From positions 26,288,001 to 26,352,000 of the forward strand of contig OX442314.1 in NCBI GenBank assembly GCA_949358305.1: DNA of 64,000 nucleotides. The letters run 5' to 3'. The translations under genes and the position numbers were made by a program. Within the stretch, counting starts at the first letter, position 1. Each line of letters starts with the position of its first letter. This document shows, piece by piece, positions 21,772 to 32,791 of the stretch. The notes below the pieces were generated by a model. The model saw nothing but the letters and a program-made list of their open reading frames with translations, did not search any database and had not been told where the DNA came from. The DNA is from Strigamia acuminata (taxonomy: Eukaryota).

Positions 21772-23084
21772 TTAACGGCCCGTGCGGGCCGTTGCGGGAT
21801 CGTGACGGGATCGTCGACGGCCCGTTAACGGCCCGTGCGGGCCGTTGCGGGCCGTTGACGGGCCGTTGACGGGCCGTTAACGGGCCGTTAACGGGCCGTT
21901 ACGGCGTGAATCGAAAAAATCAACAACCGACAACACGTACATGAAAACGCGTACAACATTCATAGACATTAATCTCGAATCCTGTTTTTGGTTTTACGCC
22001 GTTAACGGGCCGTTAACGGGCCGTTAACGGCCCGTTAACGGCCCGCGTGAGGTCGTACGGGCCGTCGGCGAGCCGAAGTCCGGGAACGAAGGCCGTGACG
22101 GGATCGTGACGGGACCGTCAGCGGCCCGTTAACGGCCCGTGCGGGCCGTTGCGGGATCGTGACGGGATCGTCGACGGCCCGTTAACGGCCCGTGCGGGCC
22201 GTTGCGGGCCGTTGACGGGCCGTTGACGGGCCGTTAACGGGCCGTTAACGGGCCGTTACGGCGTAAATCGAAAAAATCAACAACCGACAACACGTACGTG
22301 AAAACGCGTACAACATTCATAGACATTAATCTCGAATCCTGTTTTTGGTTTTACGCCGTTAACGGCCCGTTAACGGCCCGCACAGGCCGTGACGGGATCG
22401 TGACGGGACCGACGGCGGCCCGTTAACGGCCCGTGCGGGCCGTTACGGGATCGTGACGGGACCGTCACGATCCCGTCAACGGCTTGTACGGGCCGTTACG
22501 GGATCGTGACGGGACCGTCGGCGGCCCGTTAACGGCCCGTGCGAGCCGTTACGGGATCGTGACGGGACCGTCACGATCCCGTCAACGGCTTGTACGGGCC
22601 GTTACGGGATCGTGACGGGACCGTCGGCGGCCCGTTAACGGCCCGTGCGAGCCGTTACGGGATCGTGACGGGACCATCACGATCCCGTCAACGGCTTGTA
22701 CGGGCCGTTACGGGATCGTGACGGGACCGTCGGCGGCCCGTTAACGGGCCGTTAACGGCCCGCGTGAGGTCGTACGGGCCGTCGGCGAGCCGAAGTCCGG
22801 GAACGAAGGCCGTTACGGGGTCGTCACGGGACCGTCGGCGGGCCGTTACGGGACCGTCACGATCCCGTCACGGCCCGTGCGGGCCGTTAACGGGCCGCCG
22901 ACGGTCCCGTCACGATCCTGTAACGGCTCGCACGGGCCGTTAACGGGCCGCCGACGGTCCCGTCACGATCTCGTAACGGCTCACACGGGCCGTTAACGGC
23001 CCGTCAACGGCCCGTCAACGGCCCGCATGGGGTCGCACGGGCCGTTAACGGGCCGCCGACAGTCCCGTCACGATCCCGTAACGG
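21772..23084. repeat. CpG-dense satellite, family 1 (module orientation flips near 22850)
   Basis: Cores at ~21909 and 22266; modules are reverse-complemented after ~22850. Confidence 0.92.
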
Positions 23085-23475
23085 GAAAACTGAAAGAGTC
23101 GGGCGCGAGACCACGTGACCCGGAGTGTGGTTTTTGGGGACGAGGGCCGTCCTCCGACCGCGCCGTGACGCGCCCCGAGTCGGATCAAGAGGCGACCCGG
23201 TCGGAAACCGAACCTCGGGGTTCCTCGAGGCGTGGTTTTTTGGGGACGGGGGGAGGGGGGGGGATCGGGTCGCGTGCTCCGAACGCGCCGCGACGCGCCG
23301 TGGGTCGGTCACCAACCTTTGTCAATATTTTATAAATTTCCACGGAATTTCAGCAATGTTTTACATAAGTCCGTCAAATCGGGCAGAAATATCTCGTACA
23401 ATGTCGCTGCAATTCTGTGGAAATTTATCAGATATTGACAAAATTCGGTGACGGGCGGAAGGGCGATTCCCGGGC

Positions 23476-23707
<232 letters not shown>

Positions 23708-23729
23708 TTTTTTTTTTTTTTTTCGCTAG

Positions 23730-24131
23730 TTGCGTCGAGGGGGTGCGTCTGCGCGACCACCGCCGCCGCCGCCGCCACCGACACCGAGTGAAAAGAAGAG
23801 CGAGGAGACGGCGCTGGAGGCGATGGTCGAGAAGATGATGGCGAGGACGGAGGCAAAATTGGAAGCGATGCTGGCGAGAACGGAGGAACGATTCGAGAAC
23901 ATGTTGGAGAGGGTGGAGAAGAAGTGGATGGGAGCGATGGCCGATGATACGGAGCCGGTGGACGACGAAGGCGACGACAAAGGGGCGACCGGTGGTAAAG
24001 GTGGCGAGGAGAGGACCGGCGGCGACGGCGGCGACGACGACGACGACAGCCACTCTTCGATTCTAATTATTCATTCATTCATTCATTCATTTATGTATTT
24101 ATTTATTTATTTATTTCCCCGTGGACCGTAA
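23730..24131 (+). CDS. Putative coding exon or short gene, coiled-coil-like, related to exon 10 of the 1060-aa gene
   Basis: Long pyrimidine tract plus AG at 23728-23729; first ATG at 23823. EAKLEAMLAR...KGATG...EERTGG resembles EAKMEAMEAR...KGATG...NERTGG at ~36120-36235. AATAAA at ~24188. Confidence 0.4.
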   Translation: MRRGGASARPPPPPPPPTPSEKKSEETALEAMVEKMMARTEAKLEAMLARTEERFENMLERVEKKWMGAMADDTEPVDDEGDDKGATGGKGGEERTGGDGGDDDDDSHSSILIIHSFIHSFMYLFIYLFPRGP

Positions 24132-24208
24132 ACGAGTGGTTTACAATATTTTTTTTTTTTATTTTTTTTATATTTTTAAGACTGAAGAATAAAGTCTGAT
24201 TATTGTAT

Positions 24209-24247
<39 letters not shown>

Positions 24248-24422
24248 TACATTTGTACATTCAAAAGTTAAAAATAAAAATTTCAAAAATTACAAAATTA
24301 CAAAATTACAAAATTACAAAATTACAAAATTAACAAAAATTAACAAAAATTAACAAAAATTAAAAGAAAAGGAGAGAAGAGACGACGATGGTGGTGGTGG
24401 TGGTGGTGGTGGTGGTTTAGGT

Positions 24423-24453
<31 letters not shown>

Positions 24454-24870
24454 GCGACTACATCACACAGTGGAGTTTCTGGCACGACGACGGAGCCTGC
24501 GCGCGCCCATCCCCACCGCAAGCGCGAAATCCAGTGACAAAATTTGGAAAATGCGACCACGGAGATTGGGCGAGTAGGTTTTCGCGCGCCCTCCCGACAC
24601 ACCGTGGAAATAAAAATAGAAACATGTAAACGAAAATAAAAAACGAGAATGAAAATAAAGATGAGAACGGTAAATGAAAATAAAAAAATAAAACGAAGAA
24701 ATAAAAGGAGAGCCGAATCTTTCGACTCCCCCCCACCCTCCCGCAACCTCGCGGGAGAGTGTTCACCATCACTATCTGAAACGAAGAAGGGACCAAACTG
24801 AAACGGCACAATGTATGGCAATGTCAATGGAATGCGTGTTTGACAATACAGCTTTGCCAGAAACGAAAAC

Positions 24871-24946
24871 TCGCGGGAGCGGGATTCGAACCCTCGATCC
24901 ACAACTCCGTACGGCAGGTAACTCTGCCCGCTCGGCCACCCGGGCC
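24871..24946 (-). pseudogene. tRNA-like sequence (tRNA pseudogene or tRNA-derived SINE head)
   Basis: Minus-strand A box TGGCCGAGCGG (24938-24928) and B box GGTTCGAATCC (24892-24882) at tRNA spacing; acceptor and anticodon stems pair poorly. Confidence 0.6.
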
Positions 24947-25149
24947 CGGAGACAAAGCGTCGCTATTTTCGATGACGACGTTTGTCGTTATTACTAATCA
25001 TTATCGGTTATTGATTATTAATCGTCGATTATTAATTAATTATTGATTATTAATTATTAGTTGTCAGTTATTGCCATTATTAGTGTCGTTTATTCATTAA
25101 TCTTTTTCGCGTCACCGGTCGACCGACATGCTCTAGCGTCACATCTCGC

Positions 25150-25208
<59 letters not shown>

Positions 25209-25429
25209 TGTGAGTGAGTGCACTTTTCCCGACCACGCGACGTCTGCGTTTTGCGACCAACTTCGTTCGACGACCGACAGACATTTATCCATTCATACAT
25301 ACATACATACATACATACATACATACATACATACATACATACACAACGTGGTAAGTTTCTCCAACGCTATTACCGCGACAACCATTTCGTTCTCGTCAGT
25401 CGGCGTCAACTTTTCGTTCCGTTTTTCAG

Positions 25430-25597
25430 ATGGAACCGAACCGCGAACGAAACGAGGATCCGAGATGGCCGCCCATTCCCGTCGTCACGGTGAGCGCGTT
25501 TATTTTCTTCGACGTGTCACGTCGCCCCGCTTAAAATTTTGCTTTCAGGTTGACATCACCGACGACGACGAAGAAGACGGCAATGGCGCTGTCGTTG

Positions 25598-25675
<78 letters not shown>

Positions 25676-26766
25676 ACAACGACGACGAAGACCTAACCGA
25701 GATCGACGCCGCCATGTTGCGCGACGTTAAACGAGGAGTCAAACTCGAGGTCGAAGTGAGTAAAAATTTTCGCGTTGCCCCGCGTTACCCGGCGCAATAT
25801 TTTTGTTCATTCGTTCGTTCCTTCGTTCTCTCTAGACTGGGGCGGTCGAATTCGAGCTGCCGTTCGAAAAGAAGGAAGGAGAGGAGGGGGAGGAAGAGCC
25901 GCCGTCGACCGCGCGGCTCCTGTGGGCGCTGGGAAACCAGCTGGGAGAGGAGCAACGACAACTGCGTCGAACCACGGACGACGAGTTGGAGAGGTTCAAG
26001 CGAGAGATGCGAAGACGGTTGGAGGCGAAGAAGAGAGAACTTGATGAGCGGTTGAGACTACAAGAGGTGTCCCACCAGCGCCAAATCCATTTGCGTCTCG
26101 AACAGTTGGACCGAGAAAGCGCGGTCTATCGGCGGGCGTGGCGTCGACAGGAGCGGGAGCAACGAGAGCGGGAGCAGCGAGAGTGGGAGGGATTGGAGCG
26201 GGAGCGATTGGAGCTGGAGCAGTCGGAGCAGCAGTGGGAGCGGGAGCGAGAGCAGCAGTGGCAGCAGTGGCAGCAACAACAACGACGACCACTCGAGTCG
26301 GAGCCGGAGTCGGAGTCGGCTCATGACGTGGAGGTGGAGGACTTAAAAAAAAAGGCGTTGGATCTCGAGAAGCGCCCGAGACAAGAACACGTGAGTGTCT
26401 GTCTGTCTCTGTCTCTCTCTCTTTCCCCCCTTCCCATTTCACGGCGCACGGGGTCAAACTCGATTTCGATTAGACACCGTCCCACCCCGGCCAATTTATT
26501 TTCCATTTACTTTGTTTTATTTTACTTTACTTTACTTTACTTTACTTTACTTTACTTGTCCCCAGTTGAGTCACTCGCCGACCCGAGAGCCCGACGACCA
26601 ACCGCCAGCCACCATTGTCGTTGCCGAAGGACCGACCGAAACCCGAGAGCGATCCGAGTCGGACGAGGCGATGGACGCGGCCACGGCCACGACGAGTGGG
26701 TACCGCGAGCACCGGGCCATCGCTCCAACGCGCCCCGACGCGACCGATCGACCGGTGGACCAATAA
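25430..26766 (+). CDS. Spliced gene, ~340-aa poly-Ala / E-R-Q-rich coiled-coil protein of unknown function
   Basis: Exons 25430-25489, 25549-25755, 25836-26390 and 26566-26766 join through GT-AG phase-0 introns into one open frame (MEPNRERNEDPRW...PVDQ*). An upstream donor GTAAGT at 25351 suggests a 5' UTR exon. Confidence 0.65.
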
Positions 26767-26922
26767 ATTGATCGATTAATTAATTAGTTAATTCGTTCGT
26801 TTTTATTTATCCCTGTTTCATTTGTTTTCAATTCTTCTTCTTTTTTTTTTTTGTTTTTTTTTTTTTTTTTCCTCGTTGGCACCGACAATACGTCGTCATC
26901 GCCTTTGTTTTTGTTGTTGTTA

Positions 26923-26972
<50 letters not shown>

Positions 26973-27247
26973 TAATAAAAATGGAAAAATGAAATAAAAT
27001 ACAATAAAATATAATAAAATAAAACGAAACAGAATTAATCGGCCAGTCGGCTGTCCAAAATTGACACGTGTTCGGTCGTGAAGACGTCGCGGATTGAGCG
27101 AACACACACAGTCGTCCGTCGAAGCGAGAAGGAAGAGGGCGATGTTGTCGTGGCGACCCACACACGCGCGTCCGCGTCAGTTTTGGGAAAACCGTCCGCC
27201 ATGGCCTAGAAGAGACCGACGGATAAATGGGCGAATGAAACGCTCGT

Positions 27248-28098
27248 TTAACCTTGGGGTATGTGTGCGGATTTTGTCGGGGGCGAAAGGGTCCCGCTTT
27301 TTAACATTACGGCGGCCTATACGTTGTTTCGTTGATCGCGACTGCGATGCGGAATTTGCGGATGTTGTTTTGGCCGAGTAGTTCGTGCGACCGAGCGCGT
27401 TTTGTTCGTTGCTTTTCGGTGTTCGGTGGGTTTTGTGACCGGTCAAGGGTTTCGCTAAAACGTGGTTTTTGTGACGGGAGGGAGGGGGGGGATCGGGTCG
27501 CGTGCTCCGAAAGCGCCGCGACGCGCCGTGACTCTTGATCCGACTCGGGGCGCGTCACGGCGCGGTCGGAGGACGGCCCTCGCCCCCAAAAACCACACTC
27601 CGGGTCACGTGGTCTCGCACCCGACTCCCTCAGTTTTCCCGTTTTCAGCCCGTTACGGGATCATGACGGGCCGTTACGGGATCGTGACGGGACCGTCGGC
27701 GGCCCGTTAACGGGCCGTTAACGGCCCGCATGAGGTCGTACGGGCCGTCGGCGAGCCGAAGTCCGGGAACGAAGGCCGTTACGGGACCGTCACGGGACCG
27801 TCGGCGGCCCGTTAACGGCCCGTGCGAGCCGTTACGGGATCGTGACGGGACCGTCACGATCCCGTCAACGGCTTGTACGGGCCGTTAACGAGCCGCCAAC
27901 GGGACCGTCACGATCTCGTAACGGCCCGTACAAGCCGTTGACGGGATCGTGACGGGACCGTCACGATCCCGTAACGGCCCGCACGGTCCGTTAACGGGCC
28001 GCCGACGGTCCCGTCACGACCCCATCACGGCCCGTACAAGCCGTTGACGGGGTCGTGACGGGACCGTTACGGGACCGTCGGCGGGCCGTTACGGGCCA
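27248..28098 (+). repeat. Deleted copy of the TTAACCTTGGGG repeat followed by satellite family 1
   Basis: 27248-27532 matches 12771-13057, 27533-27660 matches ~13495-13620, then satellite modules to ~28098. Confidence 0.85.
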
Positions 28099-28405
28099 TA
28101 TACGGTATTTTTGCGGAGTCGCGGTCGCGCGAGATTCGTCGCGGTAAAAGCGAATTCATTTACGGTCTCGGCTACCACTCGAAGTCGACGGCCTCGACTC
28201 GCGCGGCCACGAAATGGTTTGCGAGCTCGACACCAGATGTCACGACAAACGCGCACGTTGGTCCGACAGCGTATATCGCGCGAGTGTTTCATTTTCCTCC
28301 CGGTTTTCATCGGCACTTCGTCTCCGTTGGTAAGTTTGGTGTTTTGTGTGGTTTCTCTCTCCAATTTATTTTCAATTCTCTACTCGTCTCCCACACAGAA
28401 GAAAG

Positions 28406-28923
28406 ATGGAAGGAGCGCAGCATGCAGAGGGCGACAAGTCACATTACTGCGCTTTGTGCTGCGGTAAATACCCCGACAGTAAGAAACAAACATCCATTTA
28501 TTTACTTATCAGTTGTTCAATTTATTTATTTATTTATTTTTTAATTATGTATATTTTATTTGATTTTAATTTTTTCTCGTTTCAGAACCGAACGGTGTTT
28601 TCTGTAAAGATGCCTTTCGTCACTGGCGACGGTACCATAACATCGGCGGAGATGCGGACGATTCCACCCGAGGGCTGCTACGAATCCATTCGCGCGACCC
28701 CGTTCGTTTGGCATTGGTGAGCTTTTAGTTTCTTCGCCGAGTTAACTAGTCAACTAATTTATTTTTTTTTATTTTTTATTTTTTTTTCAAGGCACTGAGA
28801 CGGGTGTACCGACACAACGACGGACGCTGTCCGTTTTGCGCGGAAACACCCTTTTTCGAGGATCTCTCTACCCATTGGGTGGAAGCGCATAGATTTCAAG
28901 CACCGACCGCCCACCAGGGATGA
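28406..28923 (+). CDS. Small (111-aa) double CCHH zinc-finger-like protein, paralog B
   Basis: Exons 28406-28478, 28586-28716 and 28792-28923 give MEGAQHAEGDKSHYCALCCGKYPDKPNGVFCKDAFRHWRRYH...RGLLRIHSRDP...CPFCAETPFFEDLSTHWVEAHRF. Confidence 0.75.
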
Positions 28924-29118
28924 CGGAGACAGCATCGGTGGACCGTGCATTCGATTTTATTTGACCTTTTTTTGTTTTTTTGTTTTTTTGTTTTTTTTTG
29001 TATTGTATGACTTCTTCTTCATTTCTTTTTATTTGTTTTAATTAATTAAAAATAAAAAAAATAAGAATAAAAATAAAAATAAAAATAAAAAAAAATCCAC
29101 ATTAATCGTAGTTGTTAT

Positions 29119-30078
29119 TTAACGAGGCGGACGACGGAGTTTTGGTTGCCGGATTCGGTTGTAGCGGGGCACGCCATTGGTGATGTTCCCGGCGCGCGAT
29201 TCAAAGTGGCCAAAGTCGCAAATGTTTCGTTGTTGGCTTTGTACGGGGAGAAAAAGGAAAGACCGAGGTCTTAAAATGTGTTTTTTTTTTTTTTGGTTCG
29301 TAAAAAAAAAAAATAAATTAATTAATTAATAAATAAAAAAATAAATAAATAAATAAATAAATAAAAATTAAACAGAAAATCAAGAAAGAAAAAAAAAAAG
29401 AAACAAAACATATTACGGCGAGAGACCGCGCGAACAAATTCGGCGGCAAATTCGAACTCGGCGACCAAAATTCAAAAATAAACCGATCGACCTTCCGTAT
29501 CCAACGAGCGAAGCGGGTAAACCGCGAGGTCGGCGAACTGCGAGGAAACATCGTGATCATCGTCGCGAACAACGTTTGGCGCGACGAAGACTTCGAAAAA
29601 GACAGACACGCTCGGGCACCCGATGGAAGGCAAATCCTCTCGGCGGCGAGCAAAGATGACGAACACGCGGGTGAGCTAATTGTTTCTTGGATGCTAACGC
29701 GGCGCCCGAAGTCACTCGGTTTACTCGCCACCCCGTTGTTTGTTTGTAATAAACGATAGTGTCGTCCGATCAAAAAGTCGTTGCCGCCATTAAAACGAAT
29801 GAGAAATTCTACGTTAAAGTCTCGTTTTTAACGTTTCGATCGATTTATTTTTGAAACTCGATCGAATTCAAATTTGCCACTAAACAAGCAAACAAACAAA
29901 AAAAAAAAACAAACACATTTTAAGACCTCGGTCTTTCCTTTTTCTCCCCGTACAAAGCCAACAACGAAACATTAGCGACTTTGACCACTTTGAATCGCGC
30001 GCCGGGAACATCACCAACGGCGTGCCCCGCTACGACCGAATCCGGCAACCAAAACTCCGTCGTTTTCCATCTCGTTAA
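29119..30078. mobile_element. MITE-like segment with ~165-bp terminal inverted repeats and TTAA at both outer ends
   Basis: 29119-~29285 is the near-perfect reverse complement of ~29910-30078; no credible coding capacity. Confidence 0.5.
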
Positions 30079-30641
30079 AATTCAAACAAACATCCGTCTC
30101 TGGGCGCGCAAGCCACGATCTTCTTTCCGTCCCCGATCAACTGGACACGAACGCACTTCCGGGTGGCGGAATTCGGCCGCCTGGCTTCGACTCCAACTTT
30201 CTTTCTCCGGCACGGTTCCCTCGGCATGGGACGCGCCATCGAGAGGATTCGCCTTCCACCGGGTGCCCGAGCGTGCCTGTCTTTTTAAAGTCTTTGTCGT
30301 GCCAACGTTGTTCGCAACGATGGTCGTGATGTTTCCCGGTAGTCTCGTTTGCTGGCTTCGACTCCAACTTTCTTTCTCCGGCACGGTTCTCTCGGCGTGG
30401 GATGCCGACCCCGTTCACTCGGCGAGTGCATATCGGAGGGAACGTCGCTAATCGACCGCATGTTTTGCACACACGCGCCCGCGTACAATTCCTCGTTGTA
30501 CCGAGCGCGGTACAGCGCATCTCCGGGCGCTCCGTAGTCCAGACGAAATGGTTTGCGGTCTCGACATCAAGTGTCACGACAACGTGGATCAAGTGCGCGT
30601 TTCATCATCCGCCCGGTCCCCGTCGCCACATCGTCTTCGTT

Positions 30642-30700
<59 letters not shown>

Positions 30701-30794
30701 GAGTAAGTTTGATGCTTTGTGTGATCTCCCTTTCCAATTTATTTTCAATTAATTAATTAATTCTTTATTCGTCTCCCACACGGAAGAAAGAAAG

Positions 30795-31295
30795 ATGAAC
30801 GGAGCACCAGCACCACACAGAGAAGAGGGCGGTAGGTCGTATTACTGCGTTTTGTGCGGCGAGCACCCAAACGGTGAGAAACATCTATTTATCTACTTAT
30901 TAGTCGTCCATTTTCTTTTTATTTTTTCATTTTCTTTTATTTTATTTTATTTTTATTTTTCTTATTTATTTCAGACCCGGACGGCTACTTTTACATGGAC
31001 ATCTTCCGCCACTGGCGACAGCGACACGACATCCGTGAAGGTGCGGACGAGGCCATCCGGGGATTGCTACGAATGTATTCGCGCGAGCCCGCTCATCTAG
31101 CGTTGGTGAGCATTTAACTCCTTCGTCTAGTTAACCAACCAACTAATTCGTTTCTTCCTCCCTTCCCCCCCCCTCTTTTAGATATTGGGGCAGGTGCACC
31201 AACGCGGCAGACGCTGTCCGTTTTGTGCGGAGACACCCTCTCCAGACAACCTGATTGGCCATTGGACGGAGGCGCACAGGATTTCGTTAATTTGA
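30795..31295 (+). CDS. Small (107-aa) double CCHH zinc-finger-like protein, paralog C
   Basis: Exons 30795-30873, 30975-31105 and 31182-31295 give ...YYCVLCGEHPNDPDGYFYMDIFRHWRQRH...RGLLRMYSREP...CPFCAETPSPDNLIGHWTEAHRI. Intron positions and phases match paralog B. Confidence 0.75.
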
Positions 31296-31937
31296 TCTTT
31301 TTCTTTTATTGTATTGTCTCAAATATATAAAAAAAAAAAATAAATAAAATAAAAAAAAAATAAATAAATCCACATTAACCATTGTAATTGTTGTTGTTGT
31401 TGTTTTTGTTGTTATTATTATTATTATTACATCATTACATCGTTATTATTACAAACAAACGACTCGTCCTTGTCGTCCACCGTCTCCAACTCATCCGCTC
31501 CCAACTCGTACAGGTCGGTCCCCGGGCCCCCGAGCCTCTTCCTCGTCAAGTTCAACTTCAACGCGACCACTTTTGTCTTCTCCCGCATCTTCCTCGTCAG
31601 CCTCTCGACTCTCTTTCCGAACTTCGTCGTCGTCGTCGTCGTCGTCTTTGTCTTCTCCTCACGCAGCGACGATAAAATCGAAACAAAACGTCTTTGATCA
31701 GGGCACTGGATCGGCGCGCTTCTGCGACGTGACCGCGTTTAGGCGCGTGCGGGGGACACGGGAGCGCGCGAGGGCGCGTCGGGCGAGCGACGGCTGCCGG
31801 GAACGACGTAACGAGGGGCGGTGGTGTCGTTACGTTTCGGCGCGACCGTGTAAGAGAGGGAATGAACAACAAAATAGATGATAAAACAAAAGAAATCGAC
31901 CAACATATCCGTCAACTTCGAAACGAGACAGACAAGC

Positions 31938-31977
<40 letters not shown>

Positions 31978-32791
31978 GCGCGCCTCCTCGGCCAGCGCCG
32001 GGTCGCCCGTCTTATTGATAGATCGGATTCGTCCCGTTGGCGCCGCTACCACGGTTTCCTTTGACGCCGACTCCTTTTATTTTATTTTATTTTATTTTAT
32101 TTTATTTTATTTTTTTCTCTTGTTTGTTTTGTTTTTTTTTAAATATAAACCGATGGTTGGTTTGATTAAACCGCCTACTTGTAGGTTAGAAATGAAATGA
32201 AATTGTTCGCGGACTTGTCACCAGATGTCACACGGGTTTGTTTATCCACGGTGCACCCTAGCGCGCGATTGTTTGGCACCAACAACGTTTATCAATTGCC
32301 TGTCGATTGTCGAGTGAGTAAACAAATTGGTCTATTAACCACGATCGCGACCACACGTATGCACCCGTACACGCGGAACAGCGTACGCCAATACGGCGTG
32401 CAAATTCGTTTGGTCGCGTTTCGGTCGCGTCGCTCATGGCGGCGAGAAAACTTGATCGCGGGAACAGCTTCATTTCAACTTTTTTTTCTTTTTAATTAGT
32501 TTTAATTAACTAACTGATCAATTAATTAATTAATTAATTAATTAATTAATTAATAAAAATAAATAAAAATAAAATGAAATAAAATAACGAGACGCAAACG
32601 GCCGGGGTAGCGGGCTCGGTGTCCCGCTCGCGGATTTCGCGCGACGTGTTCTGTCGCCCCATCTTCGATCCCTCGTTCCCGGTTTATCGTCGCTTGTCAC
32701 TCAATTTATTTTCACATTTTCACGTTGTTCGTTTGTTTTATTTATTTAATTATTTATTTATTTAATTTTTCTTCTCCCGCGTAGACACCAG

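Noticed and set aside
24871..24946. Functional tRNA gene
   Set aside because: Acceptor and anticodon stems do not pair convincingly; kept only as tRNA-like.
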